Assembly: GCA_963667015.2 (NCBI GenBank) | Contig: CAXXJJ010000001.1 | Location: forward strand, 128,001 to 192,000 | From: Desulfatiglandales bacterium | Lineage (GTDB): Bacteria > Desulfobacterota > DSM-4660 > Desulfatiglandales > HGW-15 | DNA: 64,000 bases | Direction: 5' to 3' | Shown: positions 39,101-49,279 of the stretch, in pieces | How positions within the stretch are numbered: the first letter of the stretch is position 1 | How the letters are laid out: each line of letters begins with the position of its first letter | Notes under the pieces: generated by a model | What the model saw: only the letters and a program-made list of their open reading frames with translations | Databases searched by the model: none | Told to the model about the DNA's origin: nothing | Made by a program: the position numbers and the translations under genes

Positions 39101-39603
39101 GAAAACCTGTTCACTCTAAAACCCGAAGGCCCATCGATCAACAGTTCCCCGTCTTTAATATTAAACCTGTTCACACCGCTTCTGCATAAAACAGGCATCC
39201 TGCGGCTTCCGCCCTCACCCTTATTTAAAAAAGATTTTATGTCCGTTTCGGATATTTTTATTACAGGGTGCTCTATATCAACGCTGACAGGTATTAATTT
39301 ACCCGTTAACAGGCGCAGTTTGCTGAAGTTGATGGTCAGACTTGAGGCCGTAACACTGCATTTCTTATCCGTCCGGCACGTATCCACATCATGAATCTTA
39401 ACCCCGCAGGCGCCGAAGATATCCAGCTCCACCTTGCCGGTACTGGTTTCCAGACCATAACCGATACACACCTTTTGTAAAAGATACTGCTGGACCCCGG
39501 GTTTATGGATGAGTGCCGTTGCCAGGGCAAAGAGGGAAATTATCAGCAGGAAAAAAACACCTGACAGGATAATATATTTACGGATATCTTTTATGAATTT
39601 CAT
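36142..39603 (-). CDS. AsmA-like (YhdP-type) protein
   Basis: N-terminal TM, 1153-aa beta-rich, C-terminal KIPVVGPIL..VKGTWSKP. Confidence 0.8.
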   Translation of the reverse strand: MKFIKDIRKYIILSGVFFLLIISLFALATALIHKPGVQQYLLQKVCIGYGLETSTGKVELDIFGACGVKIHDVDTCRTDKKCSVTASSLTINFSKLRLLTGKLIPVSVDIEHPVIKISETDIKSFLNKGEGGSRRMPVLCRSGVNRFNIKDGELLIDGPSGFRVNRFSAILEHVEETSNTFKVSGSGRVTCKDEKSEFSIKSTIDVNPDDILNSVFSAALKTENTPLAWVPESSKKIDFNKGLVNCDLNIIGDPAQGIRLGGTLNFSSAAFTLTHMGQSKKFNVPKLDCVLYASMKDQVIRIDSLNVKKPDLDIDLDMIIDLTNRADPYFRMAAKSKFMSVHTFNDNYPFPLTKSWLEDTLFPMFEDGIVRMDKLVLDGRVDQFRHIRAKENHSIFEMHLTCKDFTVANMGLQIPVTGVTAAVDISNGSLKISGLSGIFGESEIKEGSLNVDRMIGGPPVFTVFAAGDFDIRELMSQRSLNVMPEKARLRIEEYSGLNGRLTTSATIGYQKGLESPWTIGGDFSFSDTLFHKRFLDLPLRFTQIDFHFPEEGSNTFSGQGSLGNTQFGITGITEFSESRLLIKHAGITADADMNQLVQRGLKSDKYKFRESLPVDITIDRQEEAYAYRGSLDAERLVLESEDIIYHAAGRGNSVSFDLLRHSTGKLDINSINARLGNSSVLLSGKYSLTDQKLNTLRIMSSDLSIGDLGIRFKGSENVLFGRLKGTLDFDFQGKGMKGMQINGNLTGDDISFIPGFLPLPISGCSFRLDLSGKNGFIDRLDMKFGEHPLHLKGILQGWDNLKGELLATADYFDLTDIVMKDRRVSAGKTARPEKALLKTYDMDLKLNASGGIWRKLEFKRLVTDINISDKNIKIKNAQAELETGDIAVNGTIGRTGSGKVDIEGRINLDNQSVEKLISDTGFGDMGIKGTLSLKASVNIQGPKKNGLLKNLSGNIDSIHVTRGLIRNSRVFLKILDGLNIPDKFRQRPEDMRGEEGFYFHSIEGAGVIEKGILKTDNFIIKSPAFNAVGSGEENLYTQTHKIRLLLQPLTNLDYIISKIPVVGPILSDDDENETIFTVGYDVKGTWSKPDMDLVPSENLKSLGQLLKRAILTPVRLIENIGNASKKSMKKTEPEVLDGNETTEEKAPTEEEKP

Positions 39604-39626
39604 TTGAACTGCTTAAATCAACAGGG

Positions 39627-40073
39627 TTATTCAGGCTTCTCAGGGTGCGAAAAATAATCCGTGCAGATTTTTCTATGATCAAAGGCCATATTATCTGGCA
39701 GGTTCTCCGATGTAAAAACCTTCGCGGACAAAGCATCATCCGCAGCCACGGGCATACCGTCTGCCTCGGCAATAAAGACCACGGATAATGTATGATGTCT
39801 TGGATCTCTGTCAGGGTCGGAATAGGCCCCCAGTTGCGATATGAGCCTGACATCCAGGGAGGTTTCCTCCTTTGCCTCTCTCACTGCGGCGGTTTCAAGG
39901 CTTTCTCCATAATCAACAAATCCGCCCGGCAATGACCAGCCGTATGGCGGATTTTTTCTGTCTATTAATACAATACCTCCCTGTACACGGATTATTATAT
40001 CCACGGTAGGAAAGGGATTCCGGTATTTTTGGACCGTCGCACCGCAGGCAGGACATTTGAGCGAATCTTGCAT
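39627..40073 (-). CDS. NUDIX hydrolase
   Basis: [34 protein letters not shown]. Confidence 0.93.
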   Translation of the reverse strand: MQDSLKCPACGATVQKYRNPFPTVDIIIRVQGGIVLIDRKNPPYGWSLPGGFVDYGESLETAAVREAKEETSLDVRLISQLGAYSDPDRDPRHHTLSVVFIAEADGMPVAADDALSAKVFTSENLPDNMAFDHRKICTDYFSHPEKPE

Positions 40074-40087
40074 TATGATTGTCTCTT

Positions 40088-41578
40088 TTACAGATTATAT
40101 TGTGAGATCAGTCTTGACAGATAGGTCCTTTGAATATCCATGATCTTGGCAGCCTTGCTCCTGTTTCCGCCTGTGTGTTCAAGGTTGACCTTTACAAATT
40201 CCTTTTTGAATTTATCAAGGGCATCCTTAAGTGTCAATCCTACTTCCAAACCAGGCTGTTCCACTTCGTGTGCGCCGATAGGAAGGTCTTCAGGCATTAT
40301 TTCCTTCCTGTTTCCCATTACAACTGCGCGTTCCATGGCATTCCTGAGTTCCCTTACATTGCCGGGCCAGCTATACCTGACCATCTTATCAAGGGCATCC
40401 TTTGATATGCCCAGTTTATGAATACCTGTTTCCGCCCTGAACATGTCTAGAAAATAGTCTGCAAGGAGAGGTATATCGTCTTTTCGTTCACGCAGGGGAG
40501 GCATCTCAAGCTGGACTACATTAAGTCTGTAAAAAAGATCCTCTCTGAACCTTTCCTTTGTGATCTCCTTGGGGATATCCCTGTTGGTTGCCGCTATAAT
40601 CCGGACATCTACGGTGATAGACTCTGTGCCTCCCACCCTGTAGAAAACACCTTCCTGCAATACCCGGAGAAGTTTTGCCTGCATGCCCGGAGACATCTCT
40701 GCTATCTCATCGAGGAATATGGTGCCCCTGTCTGCCAGTTCAAATTTACCAACCTTTCTTCCTGTAGCGCCGGTGAATGCCCCCTTTTCATGGCCGAAGA
40801 GTTCATCTTCGAGCAGTGTTTCGGGCAATGCTGCGCAGTTGAGGATGATAAGGGGCTTGGTCTTTCTTTGCCCGGCCTGATGTATGAGTCTTGCCAGGAG
40901 CTCTTTTCCTGTGCCGCTTTCCCCCAGAATCAGAGTAGTTGTCTTTGAGTTCGCGACCTTCAGGGCATCATATATGACTGTCTTAAGTCGTTTTGACTCT
41001 CCGACTATCTGATACTTACCGCTTAGTTCTTCCTTTAAATTTCTGTTTTCCCGTTTGAAATGGTCCATTTCCCTGGCATTGTGAATAGCCATGGATGCCA
41101 GATCGGCAATGCTTGAAAGCATCTTCATATCCTCGGGAGTGAAAGAGGACCCGTCTTCCTTGTCAATTATCTCGACAACCCCTATTACCCTGTCATCTAC
41201 CTTCATGGGGACACAGGCAAGGGACCTGGTCTTAAAGCCCGTGTGTTCACTTATTTTTTTATCCCATCTCGGGTCAAGGCTTACATCAGGGATCAGGAGT
41301 GGTTCACCTGACTGGGCAACATAGCCGACTATGCCGTCTCCCAGATCGATCTGGAACTGCCTGACCTCGCTTCCCTTTTCACCCGTGGCCACCTTGAAAA
41401 AGAGCTTTTGTGTCTTTTCATCCAGCAAAAGAAGAGAGCTTGCTTTTGCTGACATCATTCTTGTGGCGCTGTTAATGATAAGTTCCAGCAACTCATCCTG
41501 ATCAAGCACCGAGTGGAGCCAGCTTGATATTTCCTTGAAATATTCTAATGGAAGACCGCCCGTGTTCTTTACATCCAT
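40088..41578 (-). CDS. GAF-domain sigma54-dependent activator (Fis family)
   Basis: [25 protein letters not shown]. Confidence 0.95.
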   Translation of the reverse strand: MDVKNTGGLPLEYFKEISSWLHSVLDQDELLELIINSATRMMSAKASSLLLLDEKTQKLFFKVATGEKGSEVRQFQIDLGDGIVGYVAQSGEPLLIPDVSLDPRWDKKISEHTGFKTRSLACVPMKVDDRVIGVVEIIDKEDGSSFTPEDMKMLSSIADLASMAIHNAREMDHFKRENRNLKEELSGKYQIVGESKRLKTVIYDALKVANSKTTTLILGESGTGKELLARLIHQAGQRKTKPLIILNCAALPETLLEDELFGHEKGAFTGATGRKVGKFELADRGTIFLDEIAEMSPGMQAKLLRVLQEGVFYRVGGTESITVDVRIIAATNRDIPKEITKERFREDLFYRLNVVQLEMPPLRERKDDIPLLADYFLDMFRAETGIHKLGISKDALDKMVRYSWPGNVRELRNAMERAVVMGNRKEIMPEDLPIGAHEVEQPGLEVGLTLKDALDKFKKEFVKVNLEHTGGNRSKAAKIMDIQRTYLSRLISQYNL

Positions 41579-41839
41579 AGTTACTCTCCTCAACTGACCG
41601 GTTTATTTTCTGTAATTCGTGTAATTCGATTTGCCTGTTAATTATTCGGTAAATTATAGCATTTCTTTAGCAATTGTGTATATTTTTTTTTACAACAATG
41701 CAAATAATGATTTTCGTGTATATTATTTTGCATTTTATTCATAAAATCAATACATAAAAGATAAGGTCCTATAAAATTATTTGATTAATATTAATAATAA
41801 ATACAGCGTGTTATCATATAATTTCAGGTAATTCCGGTA

Positions 41840-41855
41840 TGGAACAGGTCTTGCA
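41840..41855 (+). promoter_or_regulatory. Sigma54 -24/-12 promoter
   Basis: TGGAAC-AGGTC-TTGCA just upstream of the FHA gene, divergent from a bEBP. Confidence 0.75.
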
Positions 41856-41898
41856 CCTGAAGATAAAAGCATAATTATACATCATATTGAGGTGACCC

Positions 41899-43560
41899 GT
41901 GAAAATAAAGATTTTAGAGGGCAAGCTTGAAGGCCATTCCTTTGAAATTAACAGCGATAATTTTCTTATAGGCCGCGCATCGGAAAGTGATATCCAGATT
42001 CCCGATTCCTCTATTTCAAGGCTTCATGCAAAAATATTCAGGAGCGGCAAGAAATATTTTATCAAAGACCTGAAAAGCTGCAATGGGACCTGGGTAGACG
42101 GACGACTGATATGGCCCGGTGATAAGGTTGAACTGCGGCCGGGCCTGAGGCTTTCTGTCGGAGATACCCTTCTTTCTCTGGACAATCTTGATTCGGGCAG
42201 CAGCAGTGCTGTCGGTTATTCTATTGATCTTTCATCAGTAAAAGAGCGCGGAAGTGTTGATTTTTTATTCAGGGACCGCAGGATAGCAAACAGGAAGAAC
42301 CTGGAGCTTATCTGTGAAATTTCCGAAGCCCTGCTGCACCCGCTTGAACTTGATGCCCTGTGCGAGAAGATTCTTGATTACATCCTGTACAACCTGAGAA
42401 GGGTCAGCAGCTGTTCAATCCTTATGATCGATAAAAACAGTGATAATATATACAAACTCATGGACAGGACAAGAGACAGCCATCGTGGGAGTGATGTGAA
42501 CTACAGCCTCAGCATTGTCAGGCAGGTCGTAGACGAGGGCAATGCAACTATGATCGCGGACCTTGATGATCTGGATATAGAGCCGACGGAAAGTATGGAA
42601 CTGATGAATATCAAATCGATCATTTGTGTTCCCCTTATATCAAATGGCGAAATAACCGGTGTGATATATGCGCATTCAGTTGATGAGCCCAGCGGCTTTC
42701 GAAAAGAAGATCTCTACATGCTTGTTGCCCTGAGCAGTTATGTTTCAATAGCAATAGACAATGCAACGCAGCATACCCTGAAAAGACGGGGACGTCACAA
42801 TATGGATATCCAGTCTATCCTGAGGCACAAACTGGAAGGCATAAAAAGCCTTACCGGGGTTATCTCCCACGAGTTCAATAACCTGCTTATGTGCATACAG
42901 GGTGAAACATCTCTCCTGTTATATGAAACCCCGAAGGAAGATCCCAGATATGAAAGACTGAAGCAGATAGAAAAATATATAGGAAAGGGTGCAGAGCTGT
43001 CCGCGCTGACATGCGGATTTCCTCTTGCTCCGCAGGATCTGAAGAGGTGCCCTGATCTAAGCAGGGTGGTTACTGATTCAGTGAATAAATCTGTCAGTCT
43101 GCCCTGTAACACCTTTAACCTGGAAAAGGCATCTGGTCTGTGGACGGTAAATATTGACGAGGAACAGATACTTCATGCCCTTTCAAATCTATATTCCTTT
43201 TTTCTGTCTTTCAGGGACCAGGGCATAATGCATATCAGGTGTGAAAACCTTATTCCCGACAGCCTCATGCAGGAACTTGCAGGCATTGAAAGGGACAGGT
43301 TTGTAATGATTTCTGTCAGGGACGAAAAAATTTCCCTTGATAAAAACGACTTGCTGGAGATATTTACACCCGGAACAGGACCCGGGAAGAGCGGAAAATC
43401 GAGTACAGGCACAGGGCTTATTACCGCCTACTGGATTATTGAAAAGAATATGGGAAGGCTTGTTGTTACGAGTGATAAGGAAAGAGGCACTGAGTTCCGT
43501 ATATATCTGCCGGCTGAGGAAAAACAGGCTGACGAAAAACAGACTGCCGCCTTCGCTTAA
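41899..43560 (+). CDS. FHA-GAF-histidine kinase-like protein
   Basis: FHA GR..SRLHA..DLKSCNGT; GAF; SHEFNNLL; divergent ATPase domain. Confidence 0.85.
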   Translation: MKIKILEGKLEGHSFEINSDNFLIGRASESDIQIPDSSISRLHAKIFRSGKKYFIKDLKSCNGTWVDGRLIWPGDKVELRPGLRLSVGDTLLSLDNLDSGSSSAVGYSIDLSSVKERGSVDFLFRDRRIANRKNLELICEISEALLHPLELDALCEKILDYILYNLRRVSSCSILMIDKNSDNIYKLMDRTRDSHRGSDVNYSLSIVRQVVDEGNATMIADLDDLDIEPTESMELMNIKSIICVPLISNGEITGVIYAHSVDEPSGFRKEDLYMLVALSSYVSIAIDNATQHTLKRRGRHNMDIQSILRHKLEGIKSLTGVISHEFNNLLMCIQGETSLLLYETPKEDPRYERLKQIEKYIGKGAELSALTCGFPLAPQDLKRCPDLSRVVTDSVNKSVSLPCNTFNLEKASGLWTVNIDEEQILHALSNLYSFFLSFRDQGIMHIRCENLIPDSLMQELAGIERDRFVMISVRDEKISLDKNDLLEIFTPGTGPGKSGKSSTGTGLITAYWIIEKNMGRLVVTSDKERGTEFRIYLPAEEKQADEKQTAAFA

Positions 43561-43770
43561 GCTATGGCGTGCGAGGGAAGGGGTTCAGGCTTAAGAAAAG
43601 ACTGAAAAGCTAAAAACCTTCAGGCTGTCTTTTTCCTTCGCCTTATACCTGCTGCCCTCATTTTTTTTGAATTGCTCAATTCACATCCAAATTTCCTAAG
43701 AACATATCAGCTGGAAGATCGGCTTGATAATGAGGTTAATCCTCTAAAGATTCCGAATGCTTAATGATCC

Positions 43771-43804
43771 TTGACAAATACATATGCGGTTGTACAATTG
43801 TCAA
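43771..43804 (+). promoter_or_regulatory. TA operon promoter with operator-like palindromes
   Basis: TTGACA-16nt-TACAAT; TTGACAA/TTGTCAA inverted pair and TTGTACAA. Confidence 0.6.
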
Positions 43805-43827
43805 TATTAATACCGATGGAGACACAT

Positions 43828-44220
43828 ATGGATATAATCATTGATACATCAGCATTAATAGCAGTTATTGTTGGAGAACCTGAAAGGGATCACATTATAG
43901 ATATTACCTCGGGGAATAATCTTATCGGCCCGGGTTCAATTCCCTGGGAGATGGGGAACGCTTTTTCGGCAATGTTTAAGCAAAACAGGCTTACCCTTAA
44001 AGAAGCTGAAAAAGGGTATGCAATATTCAGAGGCATTCCTATCCGTTTTGTAGAGCCGGATTTCATAAATGCACTAAAGTTATCGAAAAAAACCAATATG
44101 TATGCCTATGATGCTTATCTTCTTGATTGCGCAATTAGATATAAAGCTCCTATACTGACACTTGACAAGAAGTTATTAACAGTTGCCAGTAATATAAATA
44201 TAGAAACACTGGAGGTTTAA
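43828..44220 (+). CDS. PIN-domain (VapC-like) toxin
   Basis: IIDTSAL, WEMGNA, YDAY, LTLDK. Confidence 0.9.
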   Translation: MDIIIDTSALIAVIVGEPERDHIIDITSGNNLIGPGSIPWEMGNAFSAMFKQNRLTLKEAEKGYAIFRGIPIRFVEPDFINALKLSKKTNMYAYDAYLLDCAIRYKAPILTLDKKLLTVASNINIETLEV

Positions 44221-44221
44221 A

Positions 44222-44440
44222 ATGCAAATATATACTTATTCAGAAGCCAGGCAAAAACTTGCTTCAGTGCTTGAGCAGGCTGAAAATACAGGAAAAGTTT
44301 TAATACAGAGAAAGGATGGACGTACTTTTGCTTTGATCCCCGAGAAAAAAAATGCATCACCTTTAGATGTACCAACGATTAAAGCTAAAATTACTACAAA
44401 AGAAATTATTGATATTGTCAGGGAAGGAAGGGAAAGATAG
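44222..44440 (+). CDS. Phd/YefM-family antitoxin
   Basis: YTYSEARQKLASVLEQA..VLIQRKDG. Confidence 0.88.
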   Translation: MQIYTYSEARQKLASVLEQAENTGKVLIQRKDGRTFALIPEKKNASPLDVPTIKAKITTKEIIDIVREGRER

Positions 44441-44531
44441 GAGAGATAGGAACGATAAAAATACAGAGATGATGTAAAATTGAGGACGCAGGTAAAAAGG
44501 TAAAAGCTCTATGTAGTTAATAGGGGAATAG

Positions 44532-45626
44532 GGGGACGTAGGTAAAAAGATAAATTAAATTGACATGCAGATCGTGTAGTGTTAAGAAGGCAGCATGCCA
44601 AGAAAATCACGTATAGACGCTCCCGGTGCGTTGCATCACATCATGGTCAGAGGTATTGACCGGAAGGATATCTTTACAGATCAAAAAGATTATTCCGATT
44701 TCATAAAACGTCTTGGCGACCTGCTGATAGAAACAAGAACATCATGCTATGCATGGGCCTTAATACCTAACCACTTTCACCTGTTGCTCAAGACTGGAAA
44801 TGTCCCTATCTCCCATCTTATGAAAAGGCTTTTAACAGGATATGCGGTTGTTTTTAACAGACGCCATGGCCGTTCAGGTCATCTTTTTCAAAATCGTTAC
44901 AAATCAATACTATGCCAGGAAGACTCCTACCTACTGGAGCTCGTTCGCTATATCCATTTGAATCCTTTAAGGGCAAAGCTTATAGAAGAATATAAAAATC
45001 TGTCGGGTTTTTTATATTGCGGTCATGGTGCAATAATGGGGCGCAGAACAGTTGAGTGGCAGGATACAGAATATGTACTTAGACTCTTTGGAAAAAAAGA
45101 AGGCGGGGCAAGGAGAGAGTACAGCACATTTGTACGCAAAGGAATAAAAGAGGGTAGCAGGCCTGATTTAACCGGAGGAGGTTTATTACGAAGTTATGGA
45201 GGGTGGACCGGAGTAAAAGTATTAAGAGAAACTGGAGAGTATCAGAAAGGTGATGAGAGGATACTGGGTGATGGGAGATTTGTTAGGGAAATACTTGGCA
45301 ATGCTGACGAGAAGTTAAAAAAGAAATATCAGATGAAGGCAGAAGGCTATGATCTGAAAAAACTGACAGAGCGTGTGTCAGAAATTACAGGCATAAGTAC
45401 AAAAGAAATATTTGAAAGCCAGAGGGACAAAAATCGTACAGATGCGAGGAGTATATTATGCTTCTGGGCAAAAGAAGAATTAGAAATGACACAGCGTGAA
45501 CTTGCAATTCTCCTGAAACTGACGCCTCCTGCGGTCAGCTATGCTGTTAAAAGGGGCAAGGTGATAGTCGAAAAGAACTTATATTCGATTAAGGCTAAAT
45601 AGATTTACTTTTTTACCTACGTCCCC
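44532..45626 (+). mobile_element. HUH transposase unit with 24-bp terminal inverted repeats
   Basis: GGGGACGTAGGTAAAAAGATAAAT (44532-44555) vs reverse complement of 45603-45626, 22/24 match; degenerate third copy 44482-44504. Confidence 0.8.
44595..45602 (+). CDS. REP-associated tyrosine transposase (RAYT, Y1 HUH) with C-terminal HTH
   Basis: HHIMVRG, PNHFHLL (HUH), LFQNRYKS, YIHLNP. Confidence 0.9.
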   Translation: MPRKSRIDAPGALHHIMVRGIDRKDIFTDQKDYSDFIKRLGDLLIETRTSCYAWALIPNHFHLLLKTGNVPISHLMKRLLTGYAVVFNRRHGRSGHLFQNRYKSILCQEDSYLLELVRYIHLNPLRAKLIEEYKNLSGFLYCGHGAIMGRRTVEWQDTEYVLRLFGKKEGGARREYSTFVRKGIKEGSRPDLTGGGLLRSYGGWTGVKVLRETGEYQKGDERILGDGRFVREILGNADEKLKKKYQMKAEGYDLKKLTERVSEITGISTKEIFESQRDKNRTDARSILCFWAKEELEMTQRELAILLKLTPPAVSYAVKRGKVIVEKNLYSIKAK

Positions 45627-45752
45627 TAAAATATTATCAATATTCTTTGTTAGTGACATAGCTTTTCCATTGCTTTAATGTGTTGCTAATAGAAAGCATA
45701 ATTTTACAGTGGTACAAGTAGTAGCTTGTAAAATTCATTATAATCTAAAAAG

Positions 45753-46181
45753 TCATCCATCTATCCATTTCCCAACAGCAAAATGGTATTCAACTACATC
45801 TGATCCATGGTCTTCCACTTCACCATTAGTAATTATTCTCGTTATATCTAAAACACATTGATTACCTTTAATTATATCATCAATTTGCCCATGGACTTCA
45901 GCGCGAAAATAATTGCGGCCATCTTTCGTTTGGAGAATAGTACGATGTTCAGATGCTATGGAGTGAGCAATATAATTTCTTGCATTTCGAGCATTATGAA
46001 TAATTTTATCGACATGTTGTGGTAACGAATGGCTATCAACCAGTCTATTAATTTTTTGATACAAAGTGCCTTTCTGCATCGCTAAATATACAATCAACGA
46101 AAAGTCTGGTTCAGTAGTATCTAATTCAGTCAGATGGGCTAACTTTCGGCAATTATTTTCAAATTCAGTTGCATAAGCCAT
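45753..46181 (-). CDS. Hypothetical protein with HEPN-like RxxxxH motif
   Basis: RNYIAH in a helical protein; may be 5'-truncated. Confidence 0.55.
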   Translation of the reverse strand: MAYATEFENNCRKLAHLTELDTTEPDFSLIVYLAMQKGTLYQKINRLVDSHSLPQHVDKIIHNARNARNYIAHSIASEHRTILQTKDGRNYFRAEVHGQIDDIIKGNQCVLDITRIITNGEVEDHGSDVVEYHFAVGKWIDG

Positions 46182-46368
46182 TTATTGTTCCTTTTTTTAT
46201 TTTAGGATAGTTTTCTTCAAACCAATTTAGGATTTCTTTCCTGCTGAAATAACCACCTTCTTGCAATGTCTTTCGCTCTATAAGTCCAAATCCTTCCGAT
46301 TTAGGTGGCGTAAAAGAATTTATAAAATCAGTGATCAACTCTTTCGTTGACTTGGAATAAATTGACAT
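46165..46368 (-). pseudogene. Probable truncated gene (N-terminal fragment)
   Basis: 67-aa ORF ends abruptly where the next ORF begins. Confidence 0.4.
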
Positions 46369-46406
46369 GTGGAATATCCTTATTTAAATTTGAATGGTTA
46401 AACACG

Positions 46407-47345
46407 CTATACGACAACCCATTCCGCTTGGCCATCCCTGAACGAAAATCTCAAGTCAAATCCTAAATTCACTCCTGCCCCTCCAAAGGAGAGGGTTTCT
46501 GGGTACTTCGCAAGGAATTTTTCAAACCAATCACGCATCGTCTTAGGAGATACCCCTCCTTCTCCATTCCTTGAATACGAAAAAACTGCGGTAGATAAGT
46601 TTATCTTAGCGATCTCATAAGCCGCTTCTGATGGAGCGACTCCGATACCTTCAATAAACACTTCCGATGCCCCCCAAAGTAATTGGCCTGAAGGTGTTGA
46701 GCAGATACACAAGCAGTGGGTCCATCCTTGTGAGTCAGCTTGTGCGAAATACGATGGTGTTGGTGTCGAGATAACACCCTGTTCGAATAACCGATGTAAA
46801 TTTCCGGTAGCTTGGAGTGAGAGCCACAGAGGAAATCGATGTTCCGAGATCACTGAATCGGACATCGTAAGCATTGGGTCAAAAACTTCTTCTTGAGGCA
46901 AATAGCCAGAGTCTTGTGCTTCTACGATAATTTGCTGAGCAAAAAACATCCGCACGAACCAAACCAGGTAGTTTTTCTTGTTTGCCGAGGTAATGATATG
47001 CTTGTCCCGAACTCGAATTAATGGTAACCCCAGATCGCTGCAGATTTTGTTCTTCTTCCGATCGTTTATGCATGCTCGTTCATCGTTCCAGTGTGTGGGT
47101 CCGTCAAATTCCACTGCGAAAAGCGGTAATGTACTCTCGTCGGCAATGACGAAGTCAAGATGAGACGACAAAGCATATTTGTAATGTTCATTATCCAATC
47201 CAGAGTTAGTAATATCCAACGCATCCGCCACCCTAACTTTGGGGGATATTCGAACGCTCCGGTCCTGACAAGCGAACTTCAGAACGTTCTCTGTAGTCTC
47301 CTCACTTCGATTCAATAGTTTCTTTCTATGGTCCATCAAAGGCAT
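46407..47345 (-). CDS. DUF2726-like PD-(D/E)xK-fold protein
   Basis: PKVRVADAL, HLDFVI, AVEFDGPTH, DRKKNKIC..LIRV. Confidence 0.8.
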   Translation of the reverse strand: MPLMDHRKKLLNRSEETTENVLKFACQDRSVRISPKVRVADALDITNSGLDNEHYKYALSSHLDFVIADESTLPLFAVEFDGPTHWNDERACINDRKKNKICSDLGLPLIRVRDKHIITSANKKNYLVWFVRMFFAQQIIVEAQDSGYLPQEEVFDPMLTMSDSVISEHRFPLWLSLQATGNLHRLFEQGVISTPTPSYFAQADSQGWTHCLCICSTPSGQLLWGASEVFIEGIGVAPSEAAYEIAKINLSTAVFSYSRNGEGGVSPKTMRDWFEKFLAKYPETLSFGGAGVNLGFDLRFSFRDGQAEWVVV

Positions 47346-47374
47346 CTCCTCAAAATATTCTGTCACGCGAAGCG

Positions 47375-47436
47375 ACCCAACGCCCGGCGTCATGGGCGGC
47401 GCGGTTTTCGCCGTCCCTTGCACGCCGATGTTAGCC
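47375..47436 (-). other. attC
   Basis: ACCCAAC..CGGCGTCATGGGCGGCG..CGCCGTCCCTTGCACGCCG.GTTAGCC. Confidence 0.9.
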
Positions 47437-47457
47437 TCCAATTAAAATATTTATGAT

Positions 47458-48348
47458 TCATATCTTCGAATGGTATATCTCTAATTCATAACGATTTTGG
47501 ATAATTCGGGCCTCTTTTAACTCGACATTAATGCCAGAATTCGAAATGAGAGAACTTACTATATCTTTATTTGCATCTGTCATCTGACACCCGAGAATAA
47601 CTGATTTCAAAGCACCGTCAGGTAATGGAACAAAACCCTTTTCGGATGTAGGAATATTTGGGAAAACATACGGTAGCTCCGCTGTGACGAGACGAAATTC
47701 ATCTTCATAGCTCCATATGATAGATTTTGAGATTAAAGGCTTTAGATTTTCAAATACGCCTTGCTCATATAAATTAAAAATTGGATATTTCTTCATGTAT
47801 TGAATTTGTAGAGCACCACAGAAAAGGCTATTCTTCACCGAAAACTCAAGACAAACACCTTGGTGCTTGTCACCATAGTGTGACCACATGAGATGTGAAT
47901 CAGGATGGATGCTCATACAAAAAACTCGATACTGAGATTGAATAGCCTTTTCCATTTCTGAGGTCATCTGATCTATTAGGGATTCAAGCAATCTGTAATT
48001 CGATCTTAACTCTTGCTCTCGATGTAGATGTTCCTTCTCTGGCAAAGATGGATTGTTTTTTCTGTCGCAGTGCGCAAACCAATCCACTATACGGTCGTAT
48101 TCTTTTGGGTCTTTTAACTCCTCCTTGTTGAAACATGGACGGCAATCCCAAGGATCATTGAAATCTTTTGGATTTGAGCAATATACTGATTTTTCAGTAA
48201 AGACCCGTGCGAGACGTTCAGGTTTTGTGAACGGTGTATAGTGGAACAGGCTATCAATTTTAAGTTCAGTTGCTGTTTTAAATTTCACTTTGTTCCTTGA
48301 TCGACACCACCGAAATAAAAACCGTCGGATAATACAATTTGAATGCAT
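47458..48348 (-). CDS. DUF2971-domain protein
   Basis: FNDPWD, LMWSHYGDKHQGVCLEF, KSIIWSYEDEFR; start uncertain. Confidence 0.85.
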   Translation of the reverse strand: MHSNCIIRRFLFRWCRSRNKVKFKTATELKIDSLFHYTPFTKPERLARVFTEKSVYCSNPKDFNDPWDCRPCFNKEELKDPKEYDRIVDWFAHCDRKNNPSLPEKEHLHREQELRSNYRLLESLIDQMTSEMEKAIQSQYRVFCMSIHPDSHLMWSHYGDKHQGVCLEFSVKNSLFCGALQIQYMKKYPIFNLYEQGVFENLKPLISKSIIWSYEDEFRLVTAELPYVFPNIPTSEKGFVPLPDGALKSVILGCQMTDANKDIVSSLISNSGINVELKEARIIQNRYELEIYHSKI

Positions 48349-48360
48349 GATGGATTACCC

Positions 48361-48427
48361 GGATAACGCGCTGCATAAGCGGTTTGGCAAGTTTTTCGCC
48401 AAATCCGACTTGATGCTGATGTTAGGG
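48361..48427 (-). other. attC
   Basis: GGATAAC...GTTAGGG; near-identical to 27530-27596. Confidence 0.93.
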
Positions 48428-48436
48428 CTTTTTTCT

Positions 48437-49279
48437 TTATCTATCACGCCACTCCAGTGAACTTTGTTCTTTAAGGTAGTGTGCACCTGCAAACTTTTTG
48501 AAGTATGGACCAGTTCTAATATTATTCATCAATCTCCAAAACCATTGCCTTGGGATTTCCTTTGTTACATCTACAGGATATTCATAACGATATCTTATGT
48601 CGTTTGGGTCATCTTTTGTGTAAGATACTCTATATGTTGGCTGTAGGTAGCTTTGGATGCTCCAGCGTATGTTGTTTAGCATCTCACCAAGCCAGGTTCC
48701 GTAATAAATAAAATAATTTTCCTGCAAATGACCCCGAAAATCATCTAATGCCAATGGGATTTGTTCTAAAGGTACTGAATATCCATTGCTTTCTAAAATT
48801 GAATGAATCTGCTTTGATACGCCAGTTAATCTTGAAAGATTATGTTTACAATGATTCCCAGATATTGAAATGAAATCTAACCGGCTAACTTCTATATCTG
48901 CTTCAATGTCAAGAGTTGGTAGCCATAGTTTGATTGTGGTTTTATAGTTTAACCATTCATCCAACTCCTTTACTGATATTTGCAAAGATTCAATACTATT
49001 ATCTTGATCGAAAGAGCGAGTATCACATGCAGATTGTAGCACTTTTAAACAAGAGCCAGATACTCCAATTAGCCTGCTATCACCACTTTCTTTTACAAAA
49101 TCAAGGAGCCGAATTATGAATAAGTCTCGGTGAATATGCGAATGGAAATAAACTTCAACTTCCCCTGGATACGCTGAAACGTCTCTGAGCTCTAACAATG
49201 CATGATTTGCAATATCTCCAACTGCTTCAAGAGATATACATAGGCCAATAGTTTCTTTTTCAGCAGTATTGTATCTCAT
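48437..49279 (-). CDS. Cassette hypothetical protein
   Basis: 280-aa ORF filling the first cassette. Confidence 0.75.
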   Translation of the reverse strand: MRYNTAEKETIGLCISLEAVGDIANHALLELRDVSAYPGEVEVYFHSHIHRDLFIIRLLDFVKESGDSRLIGVSGSCLKVLQSACDTRSFDQDNSIESLQISVKELDEWLNYKTTIKLWLPTLDIEADIEVSRLDFISISGNHCKHNLSRLTGVSKQIHSILESNGYSVPLEQIPLALDDFRGHLQENYFIYYGTWLGEMLNNIRWSIQSYLQPTYRVSYTKDDPNDIRYRYEYPVDVTKEIPRQWFWRLMNNIRTGPYFKKFAGAHYLKEQSSLEWRDR

